Assembly: GCF_036321535.1 (NCBI RefSeq)
Contig: NC_087437.1
Coordinates: 33,606,001-33,670,000 of the forward strand
Reading direction: 5' to 3'
Length of the DNA: 64,000 bases
Source: Camelus dromedarius
Taxonomy: Eukaryota
The position numbers were made by a program, and so were the translations under genes. Position 1 is the first letter of the stretch; each line of letters starts with the position of its first letter. Shown piece after piece: positions 50,421 through 63,275 of this stretch. The notes beneath the pieces are model-generated. The model did no database searches. It was not told the DNA's origin and saw only the letters and a list, made by a program, of their open reading frames with translations.

Positions 50421-52722
50421 TCTCCCCTAACTTTGTTAGGAGATGAGCATTTCTAATAGTTCTATTCTTACTTTAACATGATGGTAAAAAGTGAACACAT
50501 CAAAACCATGATTTCAGAGAGATTGCTTCAGATAAAGGCAACCTGGGTGTTTGAGTTTTGTAAAAGAGCCAATTTAAAGAAACATAGTGCATAAGCAAAA
50601 ATTCTGGTGGTGCACAGTCATAACAAAGATCGTGGAGGTGGTAGATGAGGTGTTGGGAAACAGAACACTTAAGCAGGATAGAAGAAGCAACTTGAAGGGA
50701 GGGAGACCATCTGTTTACCCCTTTTAATTCTAAAGGTTACCATTAAATGTGGGCTGGTCATTCCAAGTCAATACCTGTAGTCCAGTTTTCAGGGCTCAAT
50801 TACAAATTCAGCTAACTGTCCCCATACATTTGAGCAGGCGTAAGTGATTAAGTACAAGATAGCTCAGACACACTCTGGCTGATTCTCTGCTAACAGAATA
50901 GAAGTTACTATGTGACAAGCAGAATCTAAACTTTGAAAGTTTTTGTTAGACATAGTTTTGTTTTTCCACTGGTAGTTCATACTCGGTTCTTAAAGAATCA
51001 AAGGAAAGAATAAGGCAGAAATTAGAATACCTGAGCAGATTCTGACTTATCACATAAACGCTAAGGAGAGAAGTTTGCATAAACCTACAAAACTTATTTT
51101 TATCTTCATGTGCAACAAAGTGGGAGGAAGAAGCCAGGCTGAAAATGTCTGGCTGTGTGGGTCTAAGATATTATTATTGCTTACTTCATTCTTCCTGTGA
51201 TAACAAAGAAAATAGAGTTGAAAAAAAAAAGAGCTTAATTAAGTACAGATATCTTAGCATTTTCTTCATCAAGGGAGTCTTTGACTTACTAAAATAGACT
51301 CTCCACACCCAATGTATCTATTTATCTTCTACCTGATAAACTAAAACCACAACAAGGGATCTGTAGGAAGTTTTTATCCAGAAGAAATGCAACATCAATT
51401 CCATTAAACACTGTTTTCTACCCTTCTATTCACAAAGTAGGCATTCAATAAATGTTTGTTGTCTACTTCATTGATTTAATTTAGGATAATTTACTAGTTT
51501 AACAGTGAATCTAAAGGTTACAGATTGTTTCATTTCCTAGTGAATTGAATTTTATGAAAACAAACAGTTACCAGTAGAGTTATTTTAAATTTTTATTTGT
51601 GTTTTCCTTTCCCATGAACTTCTAAACAACAACAACAAAACTGAATGAAAAATTCTCTTACTCACTGACTTACCACACTAAAACAAATCTGTTATTTGAA
51701 CTAGATTCACTCCATAATTTCATTACTCTCTAAAAAAATTAATTTAGACAGTTTTTACTGAAAATACACAGAAAAAATGGGTTGGTGCTACAGTTAGTGT
51801 AATCTTTAACACAAGTTATTCTAATTCTGGCTCTTAATATAAAATAACAATTTTGTGTTTGAGAGTCTTGCTGCATCCTAATTAGAAACATCCTGTTACT
51901 ATATATGTAGAGGCTATATCTGTAAAATTCATTACTGCATTAATTCACAGGCGTTTCCCCCTGAACATTATGGAGAGAGGCAGTGCATATTCTCTTTCAG
52001 AAAAATGTAGCTGAAGTTTCTCAATGGCCATTTTGGGAAGGGAAAAAAAAAGCTTCATTTCAGGTTGTAAATTTTGTAAACCAGACTTCTATAACATTCT
52101 TCTTATTGGGAATTTGAAGAATGTAAAGTGATTGTTCTCCAGAGGAAAAGTACGGTGAGCGTAGCTTAAATGGCGAGTTAACATTAAGTAGAAGGACGAT
52201 TGATATCAGGGAAGCTCTCACTTTTAAATCTGGTGGAGGTAAAAGGAAAAACTTTACTAAAAGAACTAGTACAGTTAGCATTTTTAAAAACTTTATGCAT
52301 GGGAAATACAATAGCGATTTATAAGAAACGATCTTGTAGCATTTATTCCACGTCTAGTACCAGAACTGTGTTAGGAAGGAAACTGCAAATAAGACTCTAT
52401 TTTGATTCTGCGTGGCAATATTGAAAGAGAGGAACCACGGAAAGAAATGGATTCTATTGCAAGAATTTCTTGCCTTTTCTATCCTGCTAATGTGCTAAAT
52501 GTAAACAGATTGGCAAGGCTGAATCTGTTTCCTCCCAAGGATAGACTGAACTTTTGGCTGTGTTTATTGACAAAGCATTTGCAAGTCCACCAGATCTGCC
52601 AAGTTGTCTCCAGCTTACAGGTAAGGGGGGCTTTGGGTCACATCAGCAGCTCTCTGGAGTTGTCCCATCCTGCAGACATTACAACAAAACAGGCTGGGTA
52701 GTGTGAACTAGATGCTTTTAGA

Positions 52723-52757
52723 CACACACACACAGACACACATGCACACACACATGC
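52723..52757. repeat. Imperfect (CA)n
   Basis: Directly visible. Confidence 0.85.
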
Positions 52758-53354
52758 AGTGTTGTATTTAGTGGGGAAGAGTTTAAAGAAACTGAACAAG
52801 CCCTCTAAAAGGATGAAAAGAGACCTAAAAATTTACTCCCTAGAGGTCTGTCAGAGGATATAAATCAATGACACTCATCCCAACACAGCATCTCTCTTGC
52901 ACTGAATCCTCCAACACCATTACCATGTCAGGGCAAAAACAAGGAAATGACTAGATCAAAACAGCCGGTGCTGAGGACATTTATCTTAGTCATTAGTGCA
53001 CAGGAAGGTGACATTATATAAGATCAGATAGCTATGTACTCAGAAATCTGAAAATCAATTTCCTCAGATGCATGAAATAGAAACTTGATAAGCATCTATT
53101 ACATTTCTGGTACTCAGTATTTATCCTGGACTCAAAATTACATTCGCTTTCTTGAAGAAAGCGTTTCTCCATTCCCTACTCATAATAATCCTGATCCTTC
53201 CTGACCTCTCTTCTCTGCAACCCTCCAGCCCACCCTCAACACCCTCATCCACCCACCATTCATCCCCATTACCAAATCCCTGCCATTTCCCACCTTGCTA
53301 TATTTTTCCAGATGAGGATAAATTTGACCTGGACAATTTAAATTAGAATTTCTT

Positions 53355-53455
53355 GTGGGGAGGGTTTAGCTCAAGTGATAGACCTGGGTTCAGGTACCTC
53401 CATCGAAAAACCAACTAAATAAATAAACCTAATTACCTCTCCCCTGAAAAAAAAA
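53355..53455 (+). mobile_element. tRNA-derived camelid-type SINE with internal deletions
   Basis: ggggagggtttagctcaagtgatag...cctgggttca.gtacctccat...aaataaataaacctaattacctc plus A tail; TSD aattagaatttctt / aaataggatttctt. Confidence 0.85.
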
Positions 53456-56439
53456 TAGGATTTCTTTAGGGAGATTATAAACCTTAATGGGTCAGGAGAC
53501 TACTCTTTTTACTACTGCTTCATGAAGTCATTTTTTTCCCCACTACTTTATTTTAGAAATTGGAATTGATAGTTTAATTCGGAATTCTTTGGTGAATGCC
53601 AGTTCTATTCATCAAAAAAAATTCCTTTTAAAGTTGAGGGGTTTTTTTAATTGTTTAGTCCTATGCTATATTTGGAATGTGTTCTTGCAGGCCATGAAAA
53701 ATCTCCATATACGCACTCTACCATGTGTCCTTGGCCCTGCCAGACTGCCCTCTGTCGCAATGAAGCCATAGTTAATTCCCTCAGAATGGGAGATCCTTGC
53801 TCAGGTTTTGGTGCAATTTTTGTTTTGTTTTGGAAGTGGTCTGCTATTTAGCAAGTCTCTGTTGCTAATTCTATCTTGAGAGTAGTAGATTGATAAAACT
53901 GATAAAAATTTGATTTTGTTGCTTGAATTTGGACTTGGCATTTTCATATGGGGAAGAAAAATGGTCTGAAGAGATCCTGAGCTTAACTACTCCTCATTAG
54001 CTAACTAGAACACTTTGACAGTGGAATCCGGCTTCCTGAACCATCAGCAACTTTTAAAAAGATGCATCTTGGGTTCTGAAAGAGTTAAGCATCCAAAATG
54101 CCTCATTTACTCCCTAGAAGCACTTTGGACCCTGGGAGAATTTTGACTCATTACAGTTTTTAACTTTCTGTCTGGAGGAACAATTCACAAGGAGGCAGAC
54201 AGATAGAACAGAGCCTTCATTATAGCAGAAACATGCATCGTGAGCCCCCTTTCTGTCTGGCAGAGGCTACGCCAAAGAGAGAACAGTTCTAAATTATACT
54301 CCTCACAATTCTTCCCAAAGAGAACATGGCAAATGAATTCAATTCTTTTAAACCAAATTGAATATCTAAAGGCAAATAAATCTGAACAACCAACCTGGTT
54401 TTATGTGTTCCTTTTCCATAATTTCACTGCATTCCCATTATTTGAATTGGGTAAGATCAAATTTCAGATAAAACACCTTAACACAAATTTGTAGAATGAG
54501 TTTTTAAAAGAGAGAGAAAGAGACTTGTTTCGAGATGGAGAGATAGCCTTCCTGTATTTGAATATCACTTGTATTCATAATGTTTCACTGTCTCACGATG
54601 GTGGGTTTTGTTATGAAAATAAAGTGGAGAACATCTAAGTTCAGGAGAGAGACCTCACAGAAACTAGGAAGATATTATCAAATGTCCACATGTGAGAACA
54701 CAGCGCAGACTAAGGAGAAAGCTCTTTTTTCTTATTCATTTCACTATTAATGATAAAACTGAAATTCTAGGGAGATGTGTATTTTTCAGAGGATGAATTT
54801 GGCACAAAATCTGCACACATATACACACACACAAACACACACATGAGCTGGACGCCCAGTCAAGACAGACTCAGGTGAGTTTTATCAATGAGAGGACAGG
54901 AACAGATTGTTTCTGGGGAAAAATGACTACGTAGACTAGGATGACTCAAATATCTAACCAAAGGGTATGGATGAATTCTAATGGGGGATTTTCTGAAAGT
55001 GTTTCATTCATCCTGATTTTGGAGTCAACATTTTTATTTCATTGAGGTTTTTTTCCTCTCTATTATATTAATATACATAGCATCCTGTTAAGAAGGAATA
55101 AATAGCCTTTACTTATTTACTGAAGCAATAAACATATACTGAGAGTTTGCTGAGCACCAGGTACTATCCTCGAGATGTAGTGAGAGCATGGATTATAAAA
55201 CATAGACATGACCATTGGAATCTGACCTTCCAGGAGGGCCACATGGTATAATGCACTGGGGGAGAACGCGAGAGCGCTGTGAGGGCTGATGGGCATGCGG
55301 TCATAGTCATAGAAGATCAGGTGAAGAGCAGCTGGTTCTGCCCCCTGGGGTTAGGCACAGGGGTAAGCTTCCACGTGTGGGAGGGTGGGAGTACTGGTAT
55401 TTAAACCAGAATTCAAAGGATCAGACTTGGTACCTGGGGAATGTTGGTACATGAATGGCAACCAAAGGGCAGAGTTAGAAGGAGATTGATTTAGGTACAA
55501 AACCAGGAACCAGCCGTGGCTGTCATGAAGGCAAACACAGAGTCTAAGGAGAGGGAGACGAGGAGGTGGGGGCAGGCAGCTGGGAGATTTCTGTTGGACA
55601 TGCCTGGCTGCTCCACCGTCTTTTATTATACCCAGTATCTATATGGGAACCCCCCATAAAGGTGGATGGAGGTCTCTGGCAAGTTCCCAGGACCAGTAGG
55701 AGAGGAAGGCAATCCAGACAGAGGGAACAGCCTATGTAAAGGCTAAACTGTGCAGCGTGATGGGAAAATGGCAAGTAGTAGAGGTGGCTGGAGTGTGGAG
55801 TGCAGGCCTGAGGTGCAGAGTCACAGCCTTGCCTAATGGAAGACCTGTCTATGACAGGAACCACCTCCCTGCAAGGCAGGGGCTCCAAGGGGCCAGTGAG
55901 AGACCCAAGGTTCCAACACAGTCTGCATTTCTCCAAAAGAGCCAGCCTGTTATTGATGAAACTGCTTCAGTGAGAACTTTGTTGACTTTTAAGCTTCCCA
56001 GGCAAATACTTCACAGAGAGTCAAAGACATGTACCAGAAACAGGTGCTTAAAAATCGGGTGGAACTACAGTTGGTATCTCATATAGGCTTAAAATTGTGC
56101 AATATATGAAAAATCCACAAGGCAGCCTAGAAGATAGGTGAGAGATAGGTGACTAACAGATACTAAGGTATGCTTATGAAAGGGTCCCTTGATAGGGGAA
56201 GTAAAAATGCAAGCATGGTATCGTGAGTTGAAGTGCACATGGAATTTCATATGATGTTTGAGTCAAATGTCTACATAACTTAGTGCTCATCAATCTTTTA
56301 AAGGACAAGGCAAAAAGGAATGTGATTATATGCTGATAGGTTTCAGGGTCACATAAGATGGAATGAGAATTCATTTTTCATGAGAGAAATGAGGATTACT
56401 GGTCCCTTACATAGAACAGGAATGAATCTAATCTAGTCC

Positions 56440-56605
56440 TCCCCACCTCTGATGGGTCATATGACCTTGAGAAAGTTCCTTAACCAACTTGAACCTCTGT
56501 GTCTTTATTATTTAAATGGAAATGATGCTACCTGCCGGTCAACTTAGTTGATTACTATGAAAATTAAAAGATGCCGTACAGATAAAAGTGTATGGTAAAC
56601 TGTAA
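56440..56605 (+). mobile_element. MIR
   Basis: atgaccttgagaaagttccttaacc..tgaacctctgt...taaatggaaatgatgctacct. Confidence 0.7.
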
Positions 56606-57254
56606 GATTACAAATTAAAGATAAGGCATTATTAAAATAAGTCATGTGATAACCTTAAAGTTTCCAAGATAGAGTTTATTTGAAAGTGAACAACTGGGAA
56701 TTAGAGTAGAATAAAAATGCAAGGTGGGTGTGGAGTAGGGATGGTCAGAGTCAGAAAGAAGCTTATTCTTTACACTGATAATCAAAGGACTGAAAGCTTC
56801 TCTAAGAAAATATGTCCTTCTGTGAAAGAACAAGTCATCTGATTCATGAGTTGGTAAGTCTTATAAAGGGAAAGGAGATCTAGCCTCACGCAGTTGTTGT
56901 GAACAGCAAGCCTGTTGTAAAAATAAGAACTCATAGGTGTGACTATTGTGCAGTTCCTTTGTTAGCTGACAGCACAAACACGGAGGTGACAGGCCAGGGT
57001 GGGTGTAATAAATGACACCTTGGAGCAAGCACATACGAGAAGTTTTCACTGCCAAATAGTGCATGACTGGACAAATGTAAATATCTAGACCCAGAGGAGC
57101 ACCCCCTGCTTTTCGAAAGATGCACAATGAAAACATCACAGAGAGCCCCCGGGACCATTAAGCTTCTATTTTCTTTCAAATTTATGAGCATGTAGCCTTA
57201 CAGCTTAGATTTTAGCAGAGCATCAGCAGTATCTTGTAAAGGGGGAATGTCATT

Positions 57255-57490
57255 TTAAAAATTTACATACAATGGTATTTACATTTTCTAGTGCATAGTT
57301 CTGTAAGTTTTAACAAATGCAGAGATCTTGTGACCACCATGACAAACAAAAACCAGACCAGTTCTACGACCTTCTGTAGTCAGAGTCCTCACCTCTCCCT
57401 CACTCCTGGTAATCACTGATCTGTTCTCCTATAGTGCTGCCCTTCTCAGAATGTCATGTAAATGGGGTTATTCAGTATGTATTTTTTTTT
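57255..57490 (-). mobile_element. L1M 3' end
   Basis: atttacatacaat...gtgcatagttctgtaagttttaacaaatgca...cctggtaatcactgatctgttctc...cagaatgtcatgtaaatgg. Confidence 0.8.
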
Positions 57491-57719
57491 CTGGTTTAGG
57501 TTTTGAGCTATGACAAGTTATTATAAAAGTGCACCTAGACCAGGCCATCAAAAGAAAGCTAAGCGCAGATTCGATTGGAGATGGAATTCGTTTTAGTGAA
57601 GCATGTGCTTTCTCTTCATTCTTTATTATATCAGGATTATGTTCTCATAAATGCTTTCGGCATTGGGTTTTTCCTCTACAGGGCATCAGTAGCTTTCTAT
57701 CACCAACAGAGCCAAATAT

Positions 57720-58940
57720 TATTCCACAGTCTTTCACTGACCACTTACTTTTAAACCAGGATGTGGTACACAATGCTGGTGATTTGGAGGAGAAACAAAA
57801 ATACTTGTCCTAATAGAACTTATAGTCCAGCTCGTGGAGACAAATCAAAAACCATTAATATAATAAATAAGTATATTAAGTGGCATATTAGAAAGTGAAG
57901 AATGATATGGAAAAAAGAATAAGTCAAGTGAAATAAAGTGGAGGAGGGTAGAGTTACTATTTAAATGATTTATTTTTAGAAGAGGTGACATTTACTTGAT
58001 AAAGGTGAGAGGATTGGTCATGAAGTTATCTGGAGAAAGAGCATTCCAGGCAGAAGACATCTGCAGTGCAGAGATCCTGAGGTAGGAGCGTGCCCAAAGT
58101 GTTTAAGGAAGAGGAAGAAGGACAGATTAGCTGGAGGAGAGACAGCAAGGGAGTAGGAGATGAGATCATAAAAGTTATTGGGGGATGGGGTTTAAGAGCA
58201 CGTGGGACCACGTAGACCATTATGAAGTACCTAGCTTTCACTCTGAAGGAGAGAGGAACCATTGCAGGGCTTTGAGAAGAGGCATTACTTGACCTAACTT
58301 ACATCGTAGAAGGATCTCTCTGGAAAGTGGTGTTTTTTGTTTTTTTGGTTTTTTTAAATTAATTAATTTTTTTGTGGGGGGAGGTAATTAGATTTATTTA
58401 TTTATTTATTTAAATTATTATTTTTTTAATGGAGGTACTGGGGATTGAACCCAGGACCTCATGCATACTAAGCACACATTCTACCCCTGAGCTATACCCT
58501 CCTCCTTGGAAAGTTGTTTGCAAATTGGTTGTAGGAAGCACTGGGGATGCAGGGAATCAATTGTAGTACCCCCGAAGAGAAATGAGGTGGTAAGGACCAC
58601 GATATTAGCAATGGAAGTCAGAAAAGTTGGATTCTGGATATATTTTTAAGGTAGGTCCAACATGATTCTCTAAAAGTTTGGATGTGGGTTGTGTTTTTTT
58701 TTTTTTTTTAAAGATATTAAAAAACAACTCCATTTATTTTTGGCCTGAGGAACTGAGAGGCTGGAATTCCTATCAAATGAATTAGCAGAAGGCATGGGTA
58801 TAATATATTTGGGGGAGAGATGGTTAGCACATACTGAATACAAGATATCCTTGCAGATTTGGGGGAGAAGTATGGGCTAGAGAGATGCATTGAGAGTTCT
58901 TGGCATGGAGGTGGTATTTAAAGTCATATGACTAGATCAC
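57720..58940 (-). mobile_element. L2, long fragment interrupted by a SINE
   Basis: gaaagagcattccaggcaga...gatcctgaggtaggagcgtg...ccattgcagggctttgag...ggattctggatatattttt. Confidence 0.88.
58329..58505 (-). mobile_element. tRNA-derived camelid-type (vic-1-like) SINE
   Basis: Antisense of ggagg.gggtatagctcagg.gtaga..gtgcttagtatgcatgaggtcctgggttcaatccccagtacctcca...cctaattacctcccccc with A tail; Pol III A/B boxes; TSD tggaaagt at 58321 and 58507. Confidence 0.92.
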
Positions 58941-59081
58941 ACAGAGAAAGTACCAGATCATCTTCCTGTCTTGGGTTTAATAGTTTAACTGAGCTAGAAA
59001 CCTGAAACTGGATGAGAAAGTTTCATTCTTTACAATATTCAGTGTCTCTTGCAGTTTGGCCTGGGTTTTTCTGGGCAGTGG

Positions 59082-59232
59082 TTCCCCTTCCATCTCTCCC
59101 TCCATCTCTCCCTTCATCCCACCTTCCCTTCTTCCTTCCACTGTGTCTTCTCCTTCATCATCACCACCACCTTCCTCCATTCAAAGGAGAGGAAGAGAAA
59201 CAAAGAAAAGAGGAAGGAAGGAAGGGGAAGAG
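59082..59232. repeat. Low-complexity pyrimidine tract followed by purine tract
   Basis: C/T-rich 59082-59183, then G/A-rich 59184-59232. Confidence 0.8.
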
Positions 59233-62200
59233 ATTTTTGTATACTTCTGATTTTTGATCATTAATCCCACTTCTCTTATTTTCACAATGGAATACTCACC
59301 AGTCACTATATATATGTATGGATTAGTTAACAATGAAAATGATTTTTAATTACTCACATATCTGATGAGCCAAGGAGATAAAATGGACACTTTTATCTGT
59401 TCTTTAAATGTGTTTCCCTACTCCCAAATTTCATTATAAGGATGGTGAAGAATTTTCTAGTCTTTGCTGTGAAAGAGAAGACAGCCAGCGAGCTTTACTG
59501 AACAACCTTTGTACAGCGCAAGGAGACAGGTGCTTATTTTCATTGCATTTTCCGATTCTCAAGTGTTGGGACTGCTGAAGTTGCCCAATGGGATCAAGAT
59601 TCAGGAATAAGGCAGAATTTTCATAATGGGATATATGACTAGGTACATTTTACCAAGAACTGCTTTTTCTTCCCTCGTAGATGAGCTGGGAATCATGTGG
59701 AAAGCGTTCTTGTAGTCACCCTGCTGCAGTAACTAGTCCCTCTCCACTTCATCTTGGTGCCCATGGGAACCGCTCCCACTCATAGACTAAAGCCAGGCAT
59801 TTGCATATCCGACCATGAGCCTGTCAGTCTGAACACTGAGCACGTATACACCTTGGTCGGGGACCCTGACCCTCCGCTTTCGCCCTGTCCGTGGCCCCTC
59901 TCCAGATGGCTCTCTCTACAGCACTGGGCCCTTAGCGCTGATCCCTCTAACAGAGCTCTCCCCAGTACTGCTTCTACCTCCCCCACCATCTGTGATGCTG
60001 ATCACCTTCTCCTGACCAGGGTGAGTGCACCCTTTGGGAGAGAAGTGGACCAACAGAAGCCTAGTTCTAAGAGCCTCTGTAACACTCGCTTCTTACCCCA
60101 TTCACCTCTCCCCGATCTCTGTTTCCTACTTCCAGATATTCCCGATTACAACTCTTCTGAAATTAAACTCATACCACTCTTCTTACTCTAAGTGTATACA
60201 GATGGTAATAACCAAGGTCTGGTTTAGGGAAAGTTGACAAGGAAAATAAATAGGTACAATAAAGTGATGTTCATTAAAAAGTGAAAGGAGTAGAATAAAG
60301 AATTTAGAAAAAGAAATTTGACATAATAAGTAAGTAACTCACTTTAAGAAATAATATTTATCTTTAAGTGGTATGTAAGACAGTAAAAAATAAGCAAGGA
60401 CCCTGTCTAGGTAGTAAGCTCAATTTCCTCTTTTATAAAGAGCAGAGGGAAGCCTGGATGGAGAGATGATAAATGAACACAGCAGCTGCTACGTTGGCTT
60501 GAAAGCGAGTAATGCAATAGTAATGAACCCAAAGGATGATGGGCCCGCGCAGGTTGTCCAGTAATGAAATAGTGAATAAATATAACAGTGGTGGCTCCTC
60601 CCCACCAGACAGATACACATCTGTGCAAGCAGCCATCTGGCTGGCTGTGGTAGATACAATTGTCATGCTTCATTATCTGGGTTTCTGTGAGACCCCCAAC
60701 AAAATGCTCATCGCCCAGGCACCCCTCAAATAACTATTTTTAATCTACAAACAGGATGATTGCCTGGTATCTCTGCTCCATAGACCCTAACGTTTGGTCA
60801 GACATTACCAGCTCAGGGCAAGGGTGATGTTTGTGGTTGCAAATTGACGTCTTGATGGAGGTCATTTGTTTGGTGCTGTTTAGCTCTCTTCTGACAGAAA
60901 AATCAAGGTATAGTTTTTGATATTAATAATGAGTTCTATTTTTATGTGATGCCTGGGGAAGAATAAAAAAGGAAACCTGAATCCAACTAGGAAAACAGGT
61001 GGAGACTCTTCAACTTTTGTTTAATGAAAACTGAATTTCTTTAGACAAGTTAATTCTAAAACAGCCAGTGTTGCCTCTTACTTATCTCAGAATACTGCAT
61101 ACTTGTTTTGCATATTGCTGGTTCCAATAATAGTTTCATACAGAATTTGGGAACTTCCCAAAGGAAGAACACTTTTTACTGTTTTCTGTTGTTAGCACAT
61201 CTTGCTATCAACAGTCTACTTTCCATTGATCTCGAGATAAGAATTGCATATTAACAAAGTTGGGAAACAAGTATTTGGAGTTTGATGCAGACTTCTAAAT
61301 GGTCCATAAAACAATCTATGAAAAGGTTATTTTTATAAGTTGAGCACATAGTAGGTATTCAATAAACATACAGATTTGTTACAAAGGACTCTGTGGTCTT
61401 AAAGAAATGGATTTCCTAGGACTATTGGTATAGGAATTAAAACAGCATACAAAGATAAATGGGAGTAAAAAATCAGGGCTCATAGAGAAAAATCTTCGTT
61501 TCTGTTCCTTGCACCGCAAAGAGAAGTTTGTATCTTTAGGACTCTGTGTCTAGCACATAGTAGGTACTCCATGAACAGTCCTTCAAGGAAACTATAACAG
61601 AAAATAATTTTAATACTTTCCCTGTAGCTCTCCCAGAGGCAATATTTCCTCACCTCTACTGCTAGAGATTTGAAAGTGCTCTGTGGTTTGTAGTGGAAAG
61701 AAATTGAGTGTCACCACCGCAATTTGGGCAGCAGAAATGAAGGATACAGCTAGTACAGAGAGTCGGCCAGAGCGATGTGGGTGTGACTAATGAGTTCAGA
61801 GTTCATCTGAGATCCTCCACTTGACTAATCAATCCACACATCATGCAGGGGTTTATGTGGCCCTTTCCCTCTAGGGTGGAATAGAATTGAGATAGTGCTT
61901 ATCAAATTCAGGGTCATCAGATACTTTTGTAGCTTATCCACATGTGTGCACAGGATTGAGGTGGCGGGGGAGGTGGGGAGTGGTATCAATTCATTCTCTT
62001 GAGTGTTCCTGGTTTGTTGATAGTGTTTCAAAATCATTTAAGTGCAGAATCTTTAAGCTTAGAGTTAAGGCATCCTATACACAATGGCTCTTAAATCTGG
62101 TTACTTAGTCTTATGTCAAGAATTGAGCCTGACAGTGATGTTGTGGAGTGATGCCTGTTTTGTGCTGAATTCATTACCATCTAAACACCCTGAAGGGCGA

Positions 62201-62499
62201 AGGATTTAGGCAGGTACCCAAAAGATGGCAGTCTTGACAGAACTGTCTTCTGATATAAAGTACAATCGTATTGGTCTGTCTCTATTGATACTGCCCTGCA
62301 GGCTGATATTCTACTTTTAGAATATTCTGTAACAGCAACTCTGTGTTGCAGGTTATTACACGATGTTGCTTTCTTATAGGGTGGTATTTTGAGATGTGCT
62401 GAAGTTTTCGAGAGTGGGAGTTGAGCGCTGGAGTGTACGATGCATAGCAGCACTAAGTGTCATTCCCTCTATCGCTCTATCTATCCCTTCGTCTTGATT

Positions 62500-62650
62500 C
62501 CTTCCTCATATTATATATATTTAATGTCTAGTGTCCCTTGCCCACACTAGAATGTAAGGTCCATGAGGGCAGGGAGTTTGTCTGGTCTTTAGAACAGTGC
62601 CTGGCATGTGATGAGCATGTGAGACATTTGCTGAATTAATAAATGTTGTA
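62500..62650 (+). mobile_element. L2 3' end
   Basis: cactagaatgtaaggtccatgagggcaggga...tagaacagtgcctggcatg...atttgctgaattaataaatg. Confidence 0.85.
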
Positions 62651-63084
62651 CTCTGTGAGACAGAGTGCTGTAGAGAATCCTAGGTCTGACCATGGGTCTC
62701 TTTGCTTTGATTTCTTTTCTGTGCAGTGCTTCATATTGTTTAGCTGGTTGCTCTGATCTAGACCCATCCATTGGAATCCACTGGTGCGGTTTGGTTGAAT
62801 CAGTAGCCCTCTCTTCTTCCCAGTATGGCTTCTGGCCAAACAACTCCATAAATAGCTCATTCCTGTTGCCTGTTGTGACCTCAAGTTGGCCCAGAGCAAT
62901 TGCTCCAGTGCTTTAGCGACCTCTCACATTGGACAGAGTGAATTATCATCTTGCCTTGCTGTCCTGCCTATACTTAGCTAAGGACGCCCTCTCTTGGTTT
63001 TTAATTTATCTTTCCATAGTGGTCCTCTTGGCAGGCTTTTCTGTACTGAGGGATTTTAACAACCACTTACACATTAATGAAAGT

Positions 63085-63275
63085 CGGAATAGCTCAGTGA
63101 GCAAGAACTCAAGCATTGAATTCATGCAAACATGAGTTCAAATCCTGGTGTCAGCACTTGCCAGTTTGTGCCCTTGGACAAGTTACTTAATCCCCCTACC
63201 TCTCAGTTCCCTCGGCTGTAAAATGAGTTAATGATAATATCCACCTCACATTGTGGCATAGGATAAGCATGCAAT
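63085..63275 (+). mobile_element. MIR
   Basis: gagttcaaatcctgg...ccttggacaagttacttaa...cctctcagttccctcggctgtaaaatgag. Confidence 0.85.

Noticed and set aside
58430..58505. tRNA gene
   Set aside because: The tRNA-like head carries a SINE tail, A-rich end and TSD; it is a retroposed SINE.
59754..60191. Longest ORF (145 aa)
   Set aside because: No recognisable domain, Pro/Ser/Leu-rich from C-rich DNA, no splice context; the length is plausible by chance.
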